The position numbers and the translations under genes are program-made. DNA of 59,803 bases, taken from contig JAUCBJ010004928.1 in the NCBI GenBank assembly GCA_032718475.1, positions 1 to 59,803 on the forward strand. Direction: 5' to 3'. The first letter of the stretch is position 1. Every line of letters begins with the position of its first letter. A model generated the notes under the pieces. It was given only the letters and a program-made list of their open reading frames with translations, was not told where the DNA came from and did not search any database. Positions 49,101-56,995 of this stretch are shown piece by piece. The stretch is from Nemertoderma westbladi (Eukaryota > Animalia > Xenacoelomorpha).

Positions 49101-52073
49101 TGATTTAGCGTCTCGGCAAGTGAACGAGAAGTCAACTAGGTTTCTCGCGTTCTCTAATGTGACTTCAAGGATTCCGCTCTCACCACAAAATAGCGGAAAC
49201 CTCAATGGCGTTATCGAAGATACCACGGTATAACGATCTAGACTGACATATTTAGTTTTTTACTGTAGGCCTCTAATTGTTGTGGCAGTGCGATTGTTGT
49301 GTTGCTAAGTAACATGTTGAGTCAGGTCTTTGAATTCAATGAGTGAATTAGGGTTCAATCGGTAAAACTTGATTTGGAAAATGGAAACACGAAACATAGG
49401 AGGCAAACGGGATATTTACTTACCCTAGGTACACACTCTGTCACAATCTAAACATATTCTCTACTACAAAAACCATCTAGGAAGTTGCTTGCAATTTGTT
49501 CAACCCTTGGTACTGTAGAACCCGGTAAAACCATCAATGGGTTGCTGAATGAATACTATTTTATTTAAATTATATATAACTGAAACTAAATTGATTAAAA
49601 TACTGACATTCAAGAAAGAGTTTTATTCCATTACCTTGTTTTCTCTGAGAAAGTTGAGGCACTTTTCGACATTTGAGAGAGAGTGGACTCTTGTGGGTTT
49701 CAGCATCACTGGTCGCTCGGAAAGCAATGACGTTTCGGATAACACAGACAGTAGCTGCAGTAAGATGATGCCGGATTGCGTGTCGGCTATTAGATCATTC
49801 ACTTCCACAGGAGGTGTTAACTAAAACAAAATATGTTACAAAAAGTGATTATCCTTTGACGATTTGGTTGTGCAATGTAATGTAATATAATGTATGAACA
49901 TAGTTGGTATTTCTTCTGACTTTCCTTATTTACATTAAGGTAAGAGGGTTTAGGTACGTTTGGAAGGTTTTTTCAATGGACATGTCTAATATGACGGGGT
50001 GAATAACACTCAGGTATTTTAAAGACCTCAGGGGGAACACCATCTACCCCACTGGCACGATTGGACTTAATGCTCTTTGCAGCAGCCTTGACTTCAGCAA
50101 AGAAGATATCGCCAATGGGAATATCTGGGAGTACAGACTCAAACACTTTTACTTCTATAAAGTTATCAGGCAATACCCTGTCATTATTGAGGAGCTTTTC
50201 AAAGTGGGCCTTCCAACAATTGAGGCGTCCAACTTCGTCATATATTTCCTCTAAATATTCTACGCCAACTTTACTTCTCCCTAATCCATCCTTATTTACT
50301 ATATGGCATTTTAATTTGGGGTAAAACCCATTACTCCTTTCTCAAACCTTTACGAACCAAAATTAATAAAATCATCCGATGTATCTCATTTTCTCATTAC
50401 CAATCATCATCAAACACTATCTATAAATCCTTGTCCATCTTACCTCTTCAGCTACTCTACAATCACCAAACCGCTTCACTTATGTAAGAATGTAACCAAC
50501 AACACAATTCCATCCTCTTCTTCCATAGGTAAAAGTTTCAAAAAAATATCTCACGGCTACTCCACTCGCTTGGCTCCCACCTCTGGTTTCATAGTTCCTA
50601 AAAGTCTGACTTGATTTTTCCCAACGTTCTATTCGCTACCAGGGCCCAACCATCTGGAACTCGATCCCCGCTGACATCAAATTAAAAAAAACGAAGCAAA
50701 CCTTCTCCAAGACCTACAAAATACATTTTCTAAATTCCCTATCTACTTCCAAAATGTAATTTTTTTTAATTTGTCTAAAATATGAAATACCTAAAATGTG
50801 AAATGTCTAAAAATCAAGAATGAGTACCAGTTAAATAACCGGGAGCAAAACTTGGGATAGGAGTAGCGCCCTCCCCTACCTTCGGGTATTTGCTATCGAA
50901 AAAGGAGCCTTCGGGTCGCCCCCGGCGTCGGCCGACTGTTTGCTTGCTTGCTACAATTTATAAGGTCCTGAATCTAGATAAGTAACTGAGTGTAAACCCC
51001 GGCGAAATAAAAAATATATATGTTTACCAATGACTCTCTTAGTCAATGATACCAGTTAACTTCACATCATGGATCAATTAATCCTGCCATCCAAAAGACC
51101 AGAATAAGCGGAAGTTATTATCCTTGAGTAAAATGGTAAATTTTGTTTGTATAATAATATATTTGGTGTTATGTTCTGTCTAGGAATATAATCATATGAA
51201 GTCCTGCATGCGCCATAGAGACAAATTAATTTATTTAAAATTTAAACATTTTGCACATTATTTCATTTATTTTACTAGTGGCGTGCGGTGCACGCGGGAT
51301 GGAAATATCCAATCTTCAGAACACTTCTATTAATTAATTAATACTAATATTTAAAAAAATAAATCACTTTGTTCCTTTAGGCCTGACAATGATCCAATTT
51401 TCTAAACCTACGTTTCCCTCTCATGATTCTAATTACACCAATTATTGTAGTACTATGTACAGTTGAAGGCCTACAATATTACTAAAATTCATTCACCTGG
51501 AATTAGTAATAAATTCACATTCGCCCATACCTTTACTGATAAGGCTATCAGCTGTATGAAATATGTAACACACACTAATGCTACCCTATGAAGAATTTAA
51601 AGTTTGTAAGGGGTGGAGTTTAGGCAGTAGGGTCTAAGCAAACAGTATGGGTGTACTAAGTACAATAATCTTGGTAGCCTCATCGATTTATACTGTACTA
51701 AGCCTGTGTAGAAATCCATTACATAAGCCATTTTTCATCAGGACACCAGCTGTTATTGGTGTTATTTTACCATTACGAATGGCACTTTTCGTTTATTTCA
51801 TTTTTTGCAAAATCTAATGACTCTATTTTTCTGAAAATTGCTAAAACACCCATTCACACCATACACTACAGGAGGGTAAAAAACAACACAATTGACCGGA
51901 TAGTTTTGGAGCCTTTCATGTGACAAACAGACAGACAGACAAAGAAACACACAAACAGACATGTTTTTTGTTTCTTTGTTTTCTGAAGATTTACAAATAA
52001 TATTGAATTACCTTCTTAAGATTTGTGTTAATCCATTTCTTGAAAGTTTTCTTTTGTACATTCTGGTGTTCGT
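897..52073 (-). CDS. SYNE1: Nesprin-1/SYNE1-like (Msp300/ANC-1 family) giant nuclear-envelope spectrin-repeat protein, 5' portion; 15 exons traced, partial at both ends
   Basis: Exons 52012-52073, 49635-49820, 44029-44121, 43332-43492, 24571-24859, 23210-23362, 22737-22891, 21492-21648, 21047-21242, 13818-14089, 3401-3493, 2763-2962, 2299-2483, 1642-1806 and 897-1137 all have GT/AG ends and matching phases, giving one open frame. CH1/CH2 motifs ([51 protein letters not shown]) are followed by segments resembling my recollection of nesprin-1 (KYGR..VE.LL.NY, GNFLI..C....[15 protein letters not shown]). Confidence 0.9.
1642..1806 (-). CDS. SYNE1: SYNE1-like exon ([27 protein letters not shown]...)
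   Basis: 165 nt, cag acceptor and GTTTGT donor, phase 1 to 1; ORF 1634..1843. Confidence 0.82.
2299..2483 (-). CDS. SYNE1: SYNE1-like exon ([20 protein letters not shown]...FKTTSMG)
   Basis: 185 nt, tag acceptor and GTATGT donor, phase 2 to 1; ORF 2261..2479. Confidence 0.88.
2763..2962 (-). CDS. SYNE1: SYNE1-like exon ([53 protein letters not shown]...)
   Basis: 200 nt, tag acceptor and GTAAGT donor, phase 0 to 2; strongly nesprin-1-like segment. Confidence 0.92.
3379..3422 (-). repeat. 22-bp imperfect tandem duplication of an exon end plus donor
   Basis: minus strand GTACATAGGCCAGACGAG|GTTG followed by GTACATCGGCCGGACGAG|GTAC. Confidence 0.85.
3401..3493 (-). CDS. SYNE1: SYNE1-like exon ([31 protein letters not shown])
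   Basis: 93 nt, tttag acceptor and GTTGGT donor, phase 0 to 0; spectrin helix-A W..Y...V..L..WL..AE motif. Confidence 0.88.
4058..13845 (-). repeat. ~9.8 kb tandem array of a 37-bp unit (34-bp deletion variant), about 260-270 copies, derived from an exon end plus 5' splice site
   Basis: Plus-strand unit aacttacctcctctaacattgttcgcatactctttcc, period 37 (e.g. 4081 to 4118); the minus-strand unit AAAGAGTATGCGAACAATGTTAGAGGAG|GTAAGTTGG equals 13845..13809. Confidence 0.98.
13818..14089 (-). CDS. SYNE1: SYNE1-like exon ([23 protein letters not shown]...[13 protein letters not shown]); its 3' end seeds the 37-bp array
   Basis: 272 nt, cag acceptor and GTAAGT donor, phase 1 to 0; ORF 13749..14084 reads through into the repeat. 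Confidence 0.9.
14200..14330 (+). mobile_element. Degenerate RTE-like LINE reverse transcriptase fragment
   Basis: [30 protein letters not shown] resembles the RT motif FVDF.KAFDSV.R..L..IL..YGIP. Confidence 0.55.
14413..14466 (-). mobile_element. DNA transposon terminus (TTAA followed by GG, Kolobok-like); second copy at 57382-57435
   Basis: gtttattgttttggttag...gccactgtaacctgttactttcccttaa is nearly identical to 57382-57435; both end in ccTTAA. Confidence 0.45.
14912..16960 (+). mobile_element. 5'-truncated, degenerate CRE-clade-like non-LTR retrotransposon (RT plus restriction-like endonuclease)
   Basis: [10 protein letters not shown] and IWYLDDG (RT), LGVPIG, GGLGL, CICCG zinc knuckle, VDGVTLVPW...WDTT...E..KLGKY...AFETFG...LQRI REL endonuclease; stops and frameshifts. 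Confidence 0.85.
15137..15407. mobile_element. 271-bp solo LTR (TG...CA) with 5-bp target-site duplication gacga
   Basis: gacga|TGTTAT at 15132-15142 and TATCA|gacga at 15403-15412; removing it restores the RT codons CTA GAC GAT GGT (LDDG). Confidence 0.75.
17487..19940 (-). mobile_element. Truncated Ty3/Gypsy LTR retrotransposon internal region (gag knuckle, RT, RNase H); no LTRs or integrase seen
   Basis: CQQCRYPQH...CP gag knuckle; [27 protein letters not shown], degenerate [29 protein letters not shown]; multiple frameshifts. Confidence 0.88.
20435..20745 (+). mobile_element. 3' end fragment of a second CRE-like element
   Basis: KYR...[15 protein letters not shown] and [10 protein letters not shown]...RSH.FRLQRL...ILGTI parallel the 16457..16948 ORF; followed by aataaa. 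Confidence 0.75.
21047..21242 (-). CDS. SYNE1: SYNE1-like exon (SFFANT...DMEDRL...[14 protein letters not shown])
   Basis: 196 nt, ttttcag acceptor and GTAAG donor, phase 0 to 1. Confidence 0.85.
21492..21648 (-). CDS. SYNE1: SYNE1-like exon ([29 protein letters not shown]...SQHK)
   Basis: 157 nt, aag acceptor and GTAAT donor, phase 2 to 0; resembles nesprin-1 LDKSLP..LG.IGAWL..AE..LRE...QHK. Confidence 0.85.
21783..22137 (+). mobile_element. RTE-like LINE 3' end with (tag)n tail
   Basis: [26 protein letters not shown]...DTGL...MGDRELWR; tail tagtagtagtag; tagtagttatta present on both flanks. Confidence 0.8.
22737..22891 (-). CDS. SYNE1: SYNE1-like exon ([13 protein letters not shown]...[11 protein letters not shown])
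   Basis: 155 nt, tag acceptor and GTCAG donor, phase 0 to 2, helical spectrin-like sequence. Confidence 0.8.
22906..22953. repeat. 17-bp tandem repeat x3 (agaacgtatattgttct) just upstream of an acceptor site
   Basis: directly visible at 22906-22953. Confidence 0.85.
23210..23362 (-). CDS. SYNE1: SYNE1-like exon (LKHYVSDTV...LEVEYE)
   Basis: 153 nt, tag acceptor; the GTCTGT donor was chosen because it keeps frame with the next exon (the nearby GTGAG donor would frameshift). Confidence 0.75.
24045..24570 (-). repeat. G-rich low-complexity tract (GGTGGG/GGTAGG repeats on the sense strand) beginning at the exon donor; interrupted by an RTE 3' end
   Basis: repeated cccacc, cctacc and cagtgtcccacc on the plus strand. 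Confidence 0.8.
24141..24392 (+). mobile_element. RTE-like LINE 3' end, copy 2
   Basis: clear nucleotide similarity to 21884-22130 (tgctttcgccgtgagg...ggcagcctcatggagtgaat...gggagttgtggcgg). Confidence 0.8.
24571..24859 (-). CDS. SYNE1: SYNE1-like exon: CH2 domain
   Basis: 289 nt, phase 2 to 0; [25 protein letters not shown]...[41 protein letters not shown]. Confidence 0.95.
25020..25745 (-). mobile_element. CR1/L2-like LINE 3' end with 3' UTR and (ACTGA)n tail
   Basis: [31 protein letters not shown]-terminal motif; AATAAA plus aactgaactgaactga tail. Confidence 0.65.
26670..27021 (+). mobile_element. RTE-like LINE 3' end, copy 3
   Basis: [29 protein letters not shown]; tagtagtag tail. Confidence 0.8.
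27353..27499. mobile_element. Palindromic MITE-like element (~147 bp)
   Basis: tatttactaccaggttattttgatattttatgagatat ... atatctcgtaaaataacaaaataacctggtaataaata inverted arms around a cctcggcttccttcgcctc core. Confidence 0.75.
28600..32595. repeat. ~22-bp minisatellite array (ctatctcattatattgac[t/g]tag plus a ~19-bp variant), left part
   Basis: direct tandem periodicity; higher-order blocks marked by atcgcattatattgacatagctaac at about 30130, 30956 and 31909. Confidence 0.97.
32596..32854 (+). repeat. 5' LTR (259 bp)
   Basis: tgtagtgagtgaaagctc...ctacacaacaca; matches 37001-37215 apart from internal gtactgc repeat indels and a few substitutions. Confidence 0.95.
32903..33877 (+). pseudogene. 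gag: Gypsy gag (in-frame stop within a ~50-bp insertion at about 33174-33227)
   Basis: ORFs 32903..33178 and 33215..33877 share a frame; [14 protein letters not shown] and [14 protein letters not shown] knuckles. Confidence 0.85.
33901..36860 (+). pseudogene. pol: Gypsy pol (PR-RT-RNase H-IN), disrupted by stops and frameshifts
   Basis: ORFs 33901..35397, 35437..35967 and fragments to 36860; stop inside RNase H after WTDAS. Confidence 0.88.
37001..37215 (+). repeat. 3' LTR (215 bp)
   Basis: preceded by a polypurine tract and followed by TSD actat. Confidence 0.95.
37216..37378. repeat. ~22-bp minisatellite, right remainder
   Basis: the same unit resumes immediately after the TSD. Confidence 0.95.
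38995..39100. mobile_element. ~106-bp insertion (SINE or LINE tail) inside the CR1 ORF2, 9-bp TSD aatagtaat
   Basis: aatagtaat at 38986-38994 and 39101-39109; GC-richer insert interrupts the ORF. Confidence 0.65.
40302..40347. repeat. (ttgaac)n microsatellite within the LINE
   Basis: directly visible. Confidence 0.8.
41846..42760 (-). pseudogene. Transposon accessory gene relic, DUF4806-like (CMC/EnSpm-associated)
   Basis: [14 protein letters not shown]...[16 protein letters not shown]...KFSL resembles the GG..L...V...L...LA..F...G...K..F pattern; lies inside the inverted termini at 28212 and 43322. Confidence 0.4.
43332..43492 (-). CDS. SYNE1: SYNE1-like exon: CH1-CH2 linker and start of CH2 (IEETTKV...[14 protein letters not shown])
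   Basis: 161 nt, tag acceptor and GTAAC donor, phase 0 to 2; AKKALLKW is the nesprin CH2 start motif. Confidence 0.9.
44029..44121 (-). CDS. SYNE1: SYNE1-like exon: end of CH1 ([31 protein letters not shown])
   Basis: 93 nt, cag acceptor and GTCAG donor; matches the conserved KLV.I...DIVDGN.K..LGL.W.IIL.FQ motif. Confidence 0.93.
45370..48545 (+). mobile_element. CRE-like non-LTR retrotransposon with N-terminal Ulp1 (C48) protease, zinc finger, RT and REL endonuclease; internally deleted
   Basis: Ulp1: [30 protein letters not shown]; CQVC..H..C; RT: [37 protein letters not shown]; endonuclease: LIDIRL...E..K..Y...FVVSCDG...WVRLR.QFAILR. Confidence 0.88.
45630..48473 (+). CDS. 947-aa retrotransposon ORF (Ulp1-RT-REL), probably non-functional
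   Basis: long uninterrupted ORF, but frameshifted from the upstream Ulp1 N-terminal ORF 45400..45633 and lacking the region between RT and endonuclease. Confidence 0.7.
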   Translation: MKDGQANSTSLTLTVFFPVNVENVHWVLVVIHPKMGLIRHIDSLGNYANTFKPITEEIIRWLTLEAERRCIPLKKFTTEPPLSRCQFNSYQCGAFVCRFAKAVIEGGSLTEVDDPDAQAYREFLLKEIESTATITQAILYPSTNAQQETTVSTTFSSNPDVEVSHPSEATDPGTNTDTSSHPAKSECQVCRDSIPVNLTGLLRKHGRPTTCTGSGKPWAHSSPSKSTTDPLPSTQVPTTQPPESTAHHLSADDPAQQPMPSNSDTTDFGRNWLTSRQTTDLDPDGLMMTAYGANLVGKGEPPDELFHQGRRATQVHGGKYRLSVGAVGLDIVELLASKVTALVRGLQHNEADARSERILLADSLLLHRDHRVVKVSDIRRLLTRRAQQWRSGQIEALLQEAEKCSAKFPTDQCSSRRPPGDEREHTIHVFTRLMLEGKVWSAVRWVMGHETGGVLDPNSAINTPGGTTTVFDILGSKHPQAVPPQEGSLLNAEEEPPNRVEVDVTASHIEAAARRLHGGAGPVGSDSTRWSDYLLRYGGHSERLREAISGLAREMASRVIPWEILRALLSSRLITLDKCPGVRPIGIGECLRRILAKSMAIANGDDVTDTCGAEQLSAGTSAGVEAAIHTMSGIFDEHSGEGWGVLLVDAVNAFNSLNRTAALWNARHLWPRCSLFLFNCYRGHSILIISGTEAILFSEEGMTQGDPLAMLLYATSVLPLIRRLRVIPDILQNWCADDSAAAALLAKLLEWFKELLHIRPTVGYFPEPTKCNVVEAPQFIDEARVVFRDHPVNIVTGCRFLGGFVGGEERGVFNPQTQVLIDIRLVNLDAESYVGRTPMSVLESAEDQKIRLYAEAAWARRADFAAFVVSCDGVLVPHADKILRIIAHRLHRSWQRPYSTVMGWVRLRDQFAILRGASHCIRGSRMKWRSGLGLEDGAGLPVPPIDM
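49635..49820 (-). CDS. SYNE1: SYNE1-like exon: CH1 ([28 protein letters not shown]...[14 protein letters not shown])
   Basis: 186 nt, ttttag acceptor and GTAA donor, phase 0 to 0; overlaps ORF 49623..49808. Confidence 0.92.
49960..50250 (-). mobile_element. RTE-like LINE fragment
   Basis: WKAHFEKLL...[26 protein letters not shown] (pre-RT motif). Confidence 0.65.
50255..50760 (+). mobile_element. CR1-like LINE 3' fragment related to the 37560-41760 element
   Basis: [15 protein letters not shown]...[18 protein letters not shown]...[10 protein letters not shown] closely parallels ORF 37628..38560. Confidence 0.75.
50818..50952 (+). mobile_element. SINE body/3' part with (ttgc)n tail
   Basis: aatgagtaccag...ggagtagcgccctccccta...aaaaaggagccttcgggtcgccc GC-rich core typical of invertebrate SINEs; simple-repeat tail. 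Confidence 0.45.
51275..51989 (-). mobile_element. Non-autonomous Helitron-like element
   Basis: minus-strand A|TC start near 51989, (acag)n microsatellite near the 5' end, subterminal hairpin gcgtgc-ggt-gcacgc and CTAG|T end at 51275. Confidence 0.55.
52012..52073 (-). CDS. SYNE1: SYNE1-like exon: start of CH1 domain ([21 protein letters not shown])
   Basis: ttgcag acceptor, AAG|GTAA donor, 62 nt, phase 1 to 0; canonical alpha-actinin-type CH1 motif QKKTF..W.N. Confidence 0.9.
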
Positions 52074-52154
52074 CTGCAAAATAATAAAACGTTAATAATA
52101 ATTAATATAAATTAAGTTTTTTTTTAGCAAAGCAAAATATAATTGCAAAAACAT

Positions 52155-54360
52155 AAATATGTTGTCTCCAGCTGATGTTTAGGGCTTATCTTAGTAGTCT
52201 TGTGTAGCAACCATCAATTCGTTGTTCAAGTGATTTAGTCAGTATCCAGGTCTCACCCCCGTATAAAAATACACTTTCCACTGTGGCTCGAAAGAACTTA
52301 ATCTTCAGGTGCCTGGAGAGATCTGATTTCCAGATGGTATCCATTTTTGATGGAGCTACCCAAGCCTTTGCTTTCCTAACTTCTATGTCCTTTTTGCTAT
52401 TCTCTATCCATGATCCAAGGTAATGGAAGTCGTTGACCTTCCTTAGTTGATTATTATCAATGGTTTCCAAGTTTCCATCAACATTAAAGGTCATGAATTC
52501 GGTCTTGGTAGCATTTATATGCAATTCAACCTCCTTAGCAGCCCTCTCCACTTTATTTAGTAGAAGCTGTGCATCTGCTAGCGTATTAGAGAGAAGGGCG
52601 ATGTCATCCGCAAAGTCGGTGTCTGTGACTGTAGTTGCCGGATATCTACTGCTTCTCCGTTCTTGAAGTGTGAATCCCAGATCTTTACCCTTTGTGGCCG
52701 TCCTCATTGCGTAATCCAGTACAATTACAAATAGTAATGGTGCACTGGTGGTTAGCACTCCTGTTTTCCATACTTCTACTGGGATTTCATCTAATCCACT
52801 CGCTATATTATTGGACATGCTTTTAAAGGCTTCTTTGGAGTTCGGCAGGGGTGAAGTCCCCTGTTTCTATAGGTAGTGAGTGTTTTGTCATATATTTTCC
52901 TTATAGGTTTGGTGGCTGCTCAAACAAGTTGCTGAAGTGACTTCCCAACACGTTCGTCAGGGCTATCGGCTTTGAGGCGCCCCTTTGCACAACTTTTACG
53001 ACCAGATACCTCATTTACAGTTTGCCAGGTAAGTCTTGATTGTTGCTGTATGTGAGCAGTTGTAATTGCTTCAGTTTTATCCTGTATGTACTTTTCCTGG
53101 CTGATGTTGTAGGCCAATTTGAGATCGTCCTTAGCTTTCTCAACCTTGTTAATGTTTTCGGTTGTTGGTTGTTCGGTTTTTACTTTGTAGGCTATCTTAA
53201 GATCTTCTCTCTTACAAGTAACCTCAGAGTTTTGGCATGGTACATACTGTTTTCGTTCGGGTTTCTGTGGGATATGCCTCTTAGTTGATTCCTTGTGGGC
53301 TGTTATTATATTCTGGTATATTGAATCGGTGGACTGGTCTACATCCATTGACTTAACTGCTTCAAAGCGGGTTTGAACTTCTACTGTGTAAGCATCCTTT
53401 ACAGCATTGTCAGTTCTGAGTTTCTCCCAGTCATAGTTGATTTACTTGCTTGTCCTGGGTTTGCTGGCTCTCAAACTGAGTCTGATCTCTGCAGTCTCAA
53501 TTCTGTGGTCCGAACCAACTAGGTTAAACGAAAAAACAATGGTGTTAGGACTTTCAGCCACAAAAGGTGTTGCAGATGTTTCAATAAACAATGTTTATCT
53601 TTATCAATGCAGTACTGATTAATGATGTACGTACACTACCGGTACATATAGTGGTCGACACGACATATCGAATTTACTTTACATTCTACAGCAATAAACT
53701 GTATATGCAATTTGACCAAAAAAATATATCGATATTCGCACAGTAATGTACAGTATACAACAAAAATTAGACAATTGGAAGTCCTTACACCATTGTTTTT
53801 TCTATTATTCTCGCCACATTCAATTAATCATGTCTTTTAATAGGTTAAACGAGCTGAATGCCTCGCAGTTGATCAGGCTGTTTCTCCACTTTTTGTTTAT
53901 AAGGATGTAATCCAGTTGTGCTTTGGTTCCATTCGGGTATTGAATGGTTCATAGCTTCCCCTTACTCTTTTCGAATGTGTTGTTTGTTGGTATCAATTTA
54001 CATTCTTCCATTAGGTCTAAAAGTAAGTACCCATTTCTGTTAGAACTGGTGTATTATAGGTGTAACCCTTGATGTCTTCTGGGCCAATTTGCGCATTCAG
54101 GTCACCAGCAATGACTTTAACATTGTGTTTCGGGATGTCCTTAATAAGTCCAGTCAGTTCTTCATAAAACTTTACTGCTTGTTCTGGCTCTGAGGCATTG
54201 GTTGGACTGTAGCAACATATTACTGTTGTCTTGGGACTCCCATCAAATGTTGCGATCATAAATAACCCTGGAATTTATAGATTCGATGTTGTTTAGGGTC
54301 TTAAGTGCAAATGGGCTTAGCAGAATTCCTACTCCACCAATTGATGTATTGGCAGAGTTT
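52155..54360 (-). mobile_element. Degenerate RTE-like LINE (APE plus RT), internally deleted
   Basis: GGVGILLS, CYSPT, AGDLNAQIG, QLDYILIN, SDH; RT APLLFVIVLD, DFADD, FHYLGS, ESVFLYG.ETW; IPVEVWKTGVL is fused directly to APLLF. Confidence 0.88.
53532..53840. mobile_element. ~310-bp insertion with internal inverted repeats and 12-bp TSD taggttaaacga
   Basis: TSD at 53520-53531 and 53841-53852; aaaaaacaatggtgttaggactt is inverted as aagtccttacaccattgtttttt (about 53779-53801). Confidence 0.7.
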
Positions 54361-55429
54361 CTACGGTTTTTCAGGGGTTTTTAAACTTGCTGAACGCCAG
54401 AAAGGCATTACAAGTCCACTTGATGATCCATAAATATGTCTGTGTCCATGCGAAAACGCAACTAAGTTTAAACATTTCTACCTCATTGATAATGTAGTCG
54501 AAATTGTTGGCAGAAAACGCCAACACCCAGGTTGAATCTCGGATAGATTAGCCCAGGTTGAATAGGGTAACAGCATGCCCATCATAAAGAGAGTGGGTTA
54601 GATAAAGTTCCCGCAGAAGAGGTGTGGTAAACAGGAACGCTCTAACCATTGTTATATTGGAAGTTTGATTATTCAAAAATGCATGACAAAATGATTCTAT
54701 ATAGAATTGGACCTCATATATAGAAACTACTGATAGCTAGGCAGGCATGGACGAGGCTGCAAGGCTACGGGATGGCCATACCCATTATTGTTCAGAGTGT
54801 TCTCTCTATTATTGTTCTTCACACACTACCTACAGGTAGTGCCTTTTGGATGTGAAGCCCTTTTAAACAACATCATGCCCAATTATTATCTTCATATTTT
54901 TTGAGTCATTTGAAATTCGAGTGGTTATTCTTCCAGTTTTAATGTTGCAATCTGATAAATATAGAAATATATCATCTTCTGTGTTCGTTCTGTGGATACC
55001 CTGCATGTATATTGGAATAAATTTTCTGGAATCTGCACACTGTAGTTTGGTCTTCATAGCGTGATTTTCCTACCAGACCGGACTCAATATTTTCTTGTGA
55101 AGATTGCAGTTTCGTTTTATGGGTGTTCTCGTTTAAATTCTCGGTATTTTTTTCTCCGTTTAGTTCCATGGTTGCGGGTGAGGCAGTGGGATTAGTTTGG
55201 CTGCTGGAATTCCTCATTGCTTTCCTCAATTCCTCAAGGTTGTATTATCATGGCGATGGTATAGACCTATGTTGATTGTTACAAGATGTTGATGTATTAT
55301 TATTGTGTTTTATTACTTAGGTGTATATCTTTGTTTAGACACAGTAGGCCTGCGCAGTAAGTAGCATTATGCAGTAAAACTAGCATAAAGGTAGTTGACG
55401 CTTATTCTCTACCAATTAACAGCATTATT

Positions 55430-55615
55430 TTTAAAACAGAAATTTTTTTCGGTCGGATTCAAACTAGTGAAATATACGTACAAACAAAAAATCAGACGTT
55501 TTCGTTAAAATTTGTAGATTTTAGAGGGAGGGGAAAGGGGGTCAATACGACCCCCCCCCCCCCCCCCCCGCCGGTATTTGTACAACATTTTATATCGCGG
55601 TACTAATAGGGTTAA
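55430..55615 (-). mobile_element. DNA transposon terminus TTAA|CCCT (piggyBac-like) with a poly-G/C run
   Basis: minus strand TTAACCCTATTAGTACCGCG...GGGGGGGGGTCGTATTGACCCC. Confidence 0.4.
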
Positions 55616-56763
55616 GATAATAAAAGATCTAATCAATCAATCAATGTATGTAATTGGTTGCAGAATCCAAAATAAATAAGTATTAACTATGGGTGTGGGT
55701 GGTAAAGGATTTTGTTAATGGAAGTTGGATCCAATTGTCAGAGGCATATTCATTATTCATCCTATTATTATGAAGCTCGATTCCAAAATCATTCTGAGAT
55801 GTCGTTCCGTGCCTATCTCATCACTTAAGCACCTAAGCTGAGCTTGTTTTTTTACATTAGGCTATACATACCGAATGTTTCAAATGTCGTTTATGGTAGT
55901 TTTTAAATACCGGTAGTTGTCAAACTTTGTCAATAAAAATTAGGGGATATACGTTCTCGCATAATCCTAGTGGCTTCTCTATATGACACGAGGGTTCTGA
56001 TTGGTGATTTTGATCCTCTCTTTGGCAACTCAAGAAAAGTTCTTATAAAGTCAATGGAGGGCAATAGTTCATTTAATTCAACTCATTTCATAAATTCGTC
56101 AAAATGTTTATTACAATATTATTGAATGATGAAGATAGCTGAGATTTTCATCTGTTTATTAATATTTTCAATAAATAATATATTTCGCAATTGTTAATGA
56201 ATGTTTGGTAGTTTAATCCCCAAGATTGTTTAATGTTGTAGCATAGCATTATGAATTACTAACAGTACACACGAGAAACCTTCTTATCATCTCTAGGAAA
56301 AAGATTAGTAACAACAAAACTATGTAACTTAATAAAAGTTGATAAGGTTTATTATATAAATAGTATTTCAGCATAATCACAAGCTTTTAACTGCAAATTG
56401 CGGCGACTTAGCTACTCTTTGAGGGAGTTAGACTATCAATCCTATATGGGGCCCATCATTGTGACTAAGAGCCTAGAGGCTAGTCCAAAACAAACGAGCT
56501 TTTATTTGACCAGGTTGAATTCTTCAAATATCGATTGTAATTATATTTCTTGCCTGACAACTTCACTGATAATACCTGGCAGGTCGAAGATTGATAACCG
56601 TGGAATATTTTCTCAATCAAGCAACGTTATTATTGATCTGTATATTCATGCGAATATTAAGCCTTTTGTACAGCGCACGCCTTAGGCTTAAAATTGTTAT
56701 GTAATCTTGGTAATCATTTGAAATATATTTATTATATGTTTTAACGTCCATGAGATTTTATAA

Positions 56764-56995
56764 ATTATAAGTAATTTAAACAGGACTAAGGATGATCCAA
56801 CTCTATAGCAAATTGAGCGGAAAAAATGAATTCGCCACCAGCGGGGATCGAACCCGCGTCTCCCGATAAACGTTCAGGTATCCTAACCACTACACCAAGG
56901 AGGCTCCTGCATCCCCGCTGGTGGCGAATTCATTTTTTCCGCTTCATTTGCTATAGAGTTGGAGCATTCTTAGTCCTGTTTAAATTACTTATAAT
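56764..56995. mobile_element. Palindromic element with 85-bp inverted arms around a tRNA-like core
   Basis: arms 56764-56848 and 56911-56995 are near-perfect reverse complements; 62-bp loop. Confidence 0.85.
56833..56904 (-). pseudogene. tRNA-derived sequence (Asp/Glu-like) with Pol III A and B boxes
   Basis: GCCTCCTTGGTGTAGTGGTTAGGATACCTGAACGTTTATCGGGAGACGCGGGTTCGATCCCCGCTGGTGGCG; perfect T-stem GCGGG/CCCGC, mismatched acceptor stem, non-canonical anticodon loop. Confidence 0.7.

Noticed and set aside
54400-55260. Host exon or gene (ORFs 54863..55057, 54972..55229)
   Set aside because: Frameshifted, resembles a decayed LINE ORF1 region next to an RTE relic, and cannot be assigned confidently.
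56833-56904. Functional tRNA gene
   Set aside because: Acceptor-stem mismatches, non-canonical anticodon loop and embedding in a fold-back repeat.
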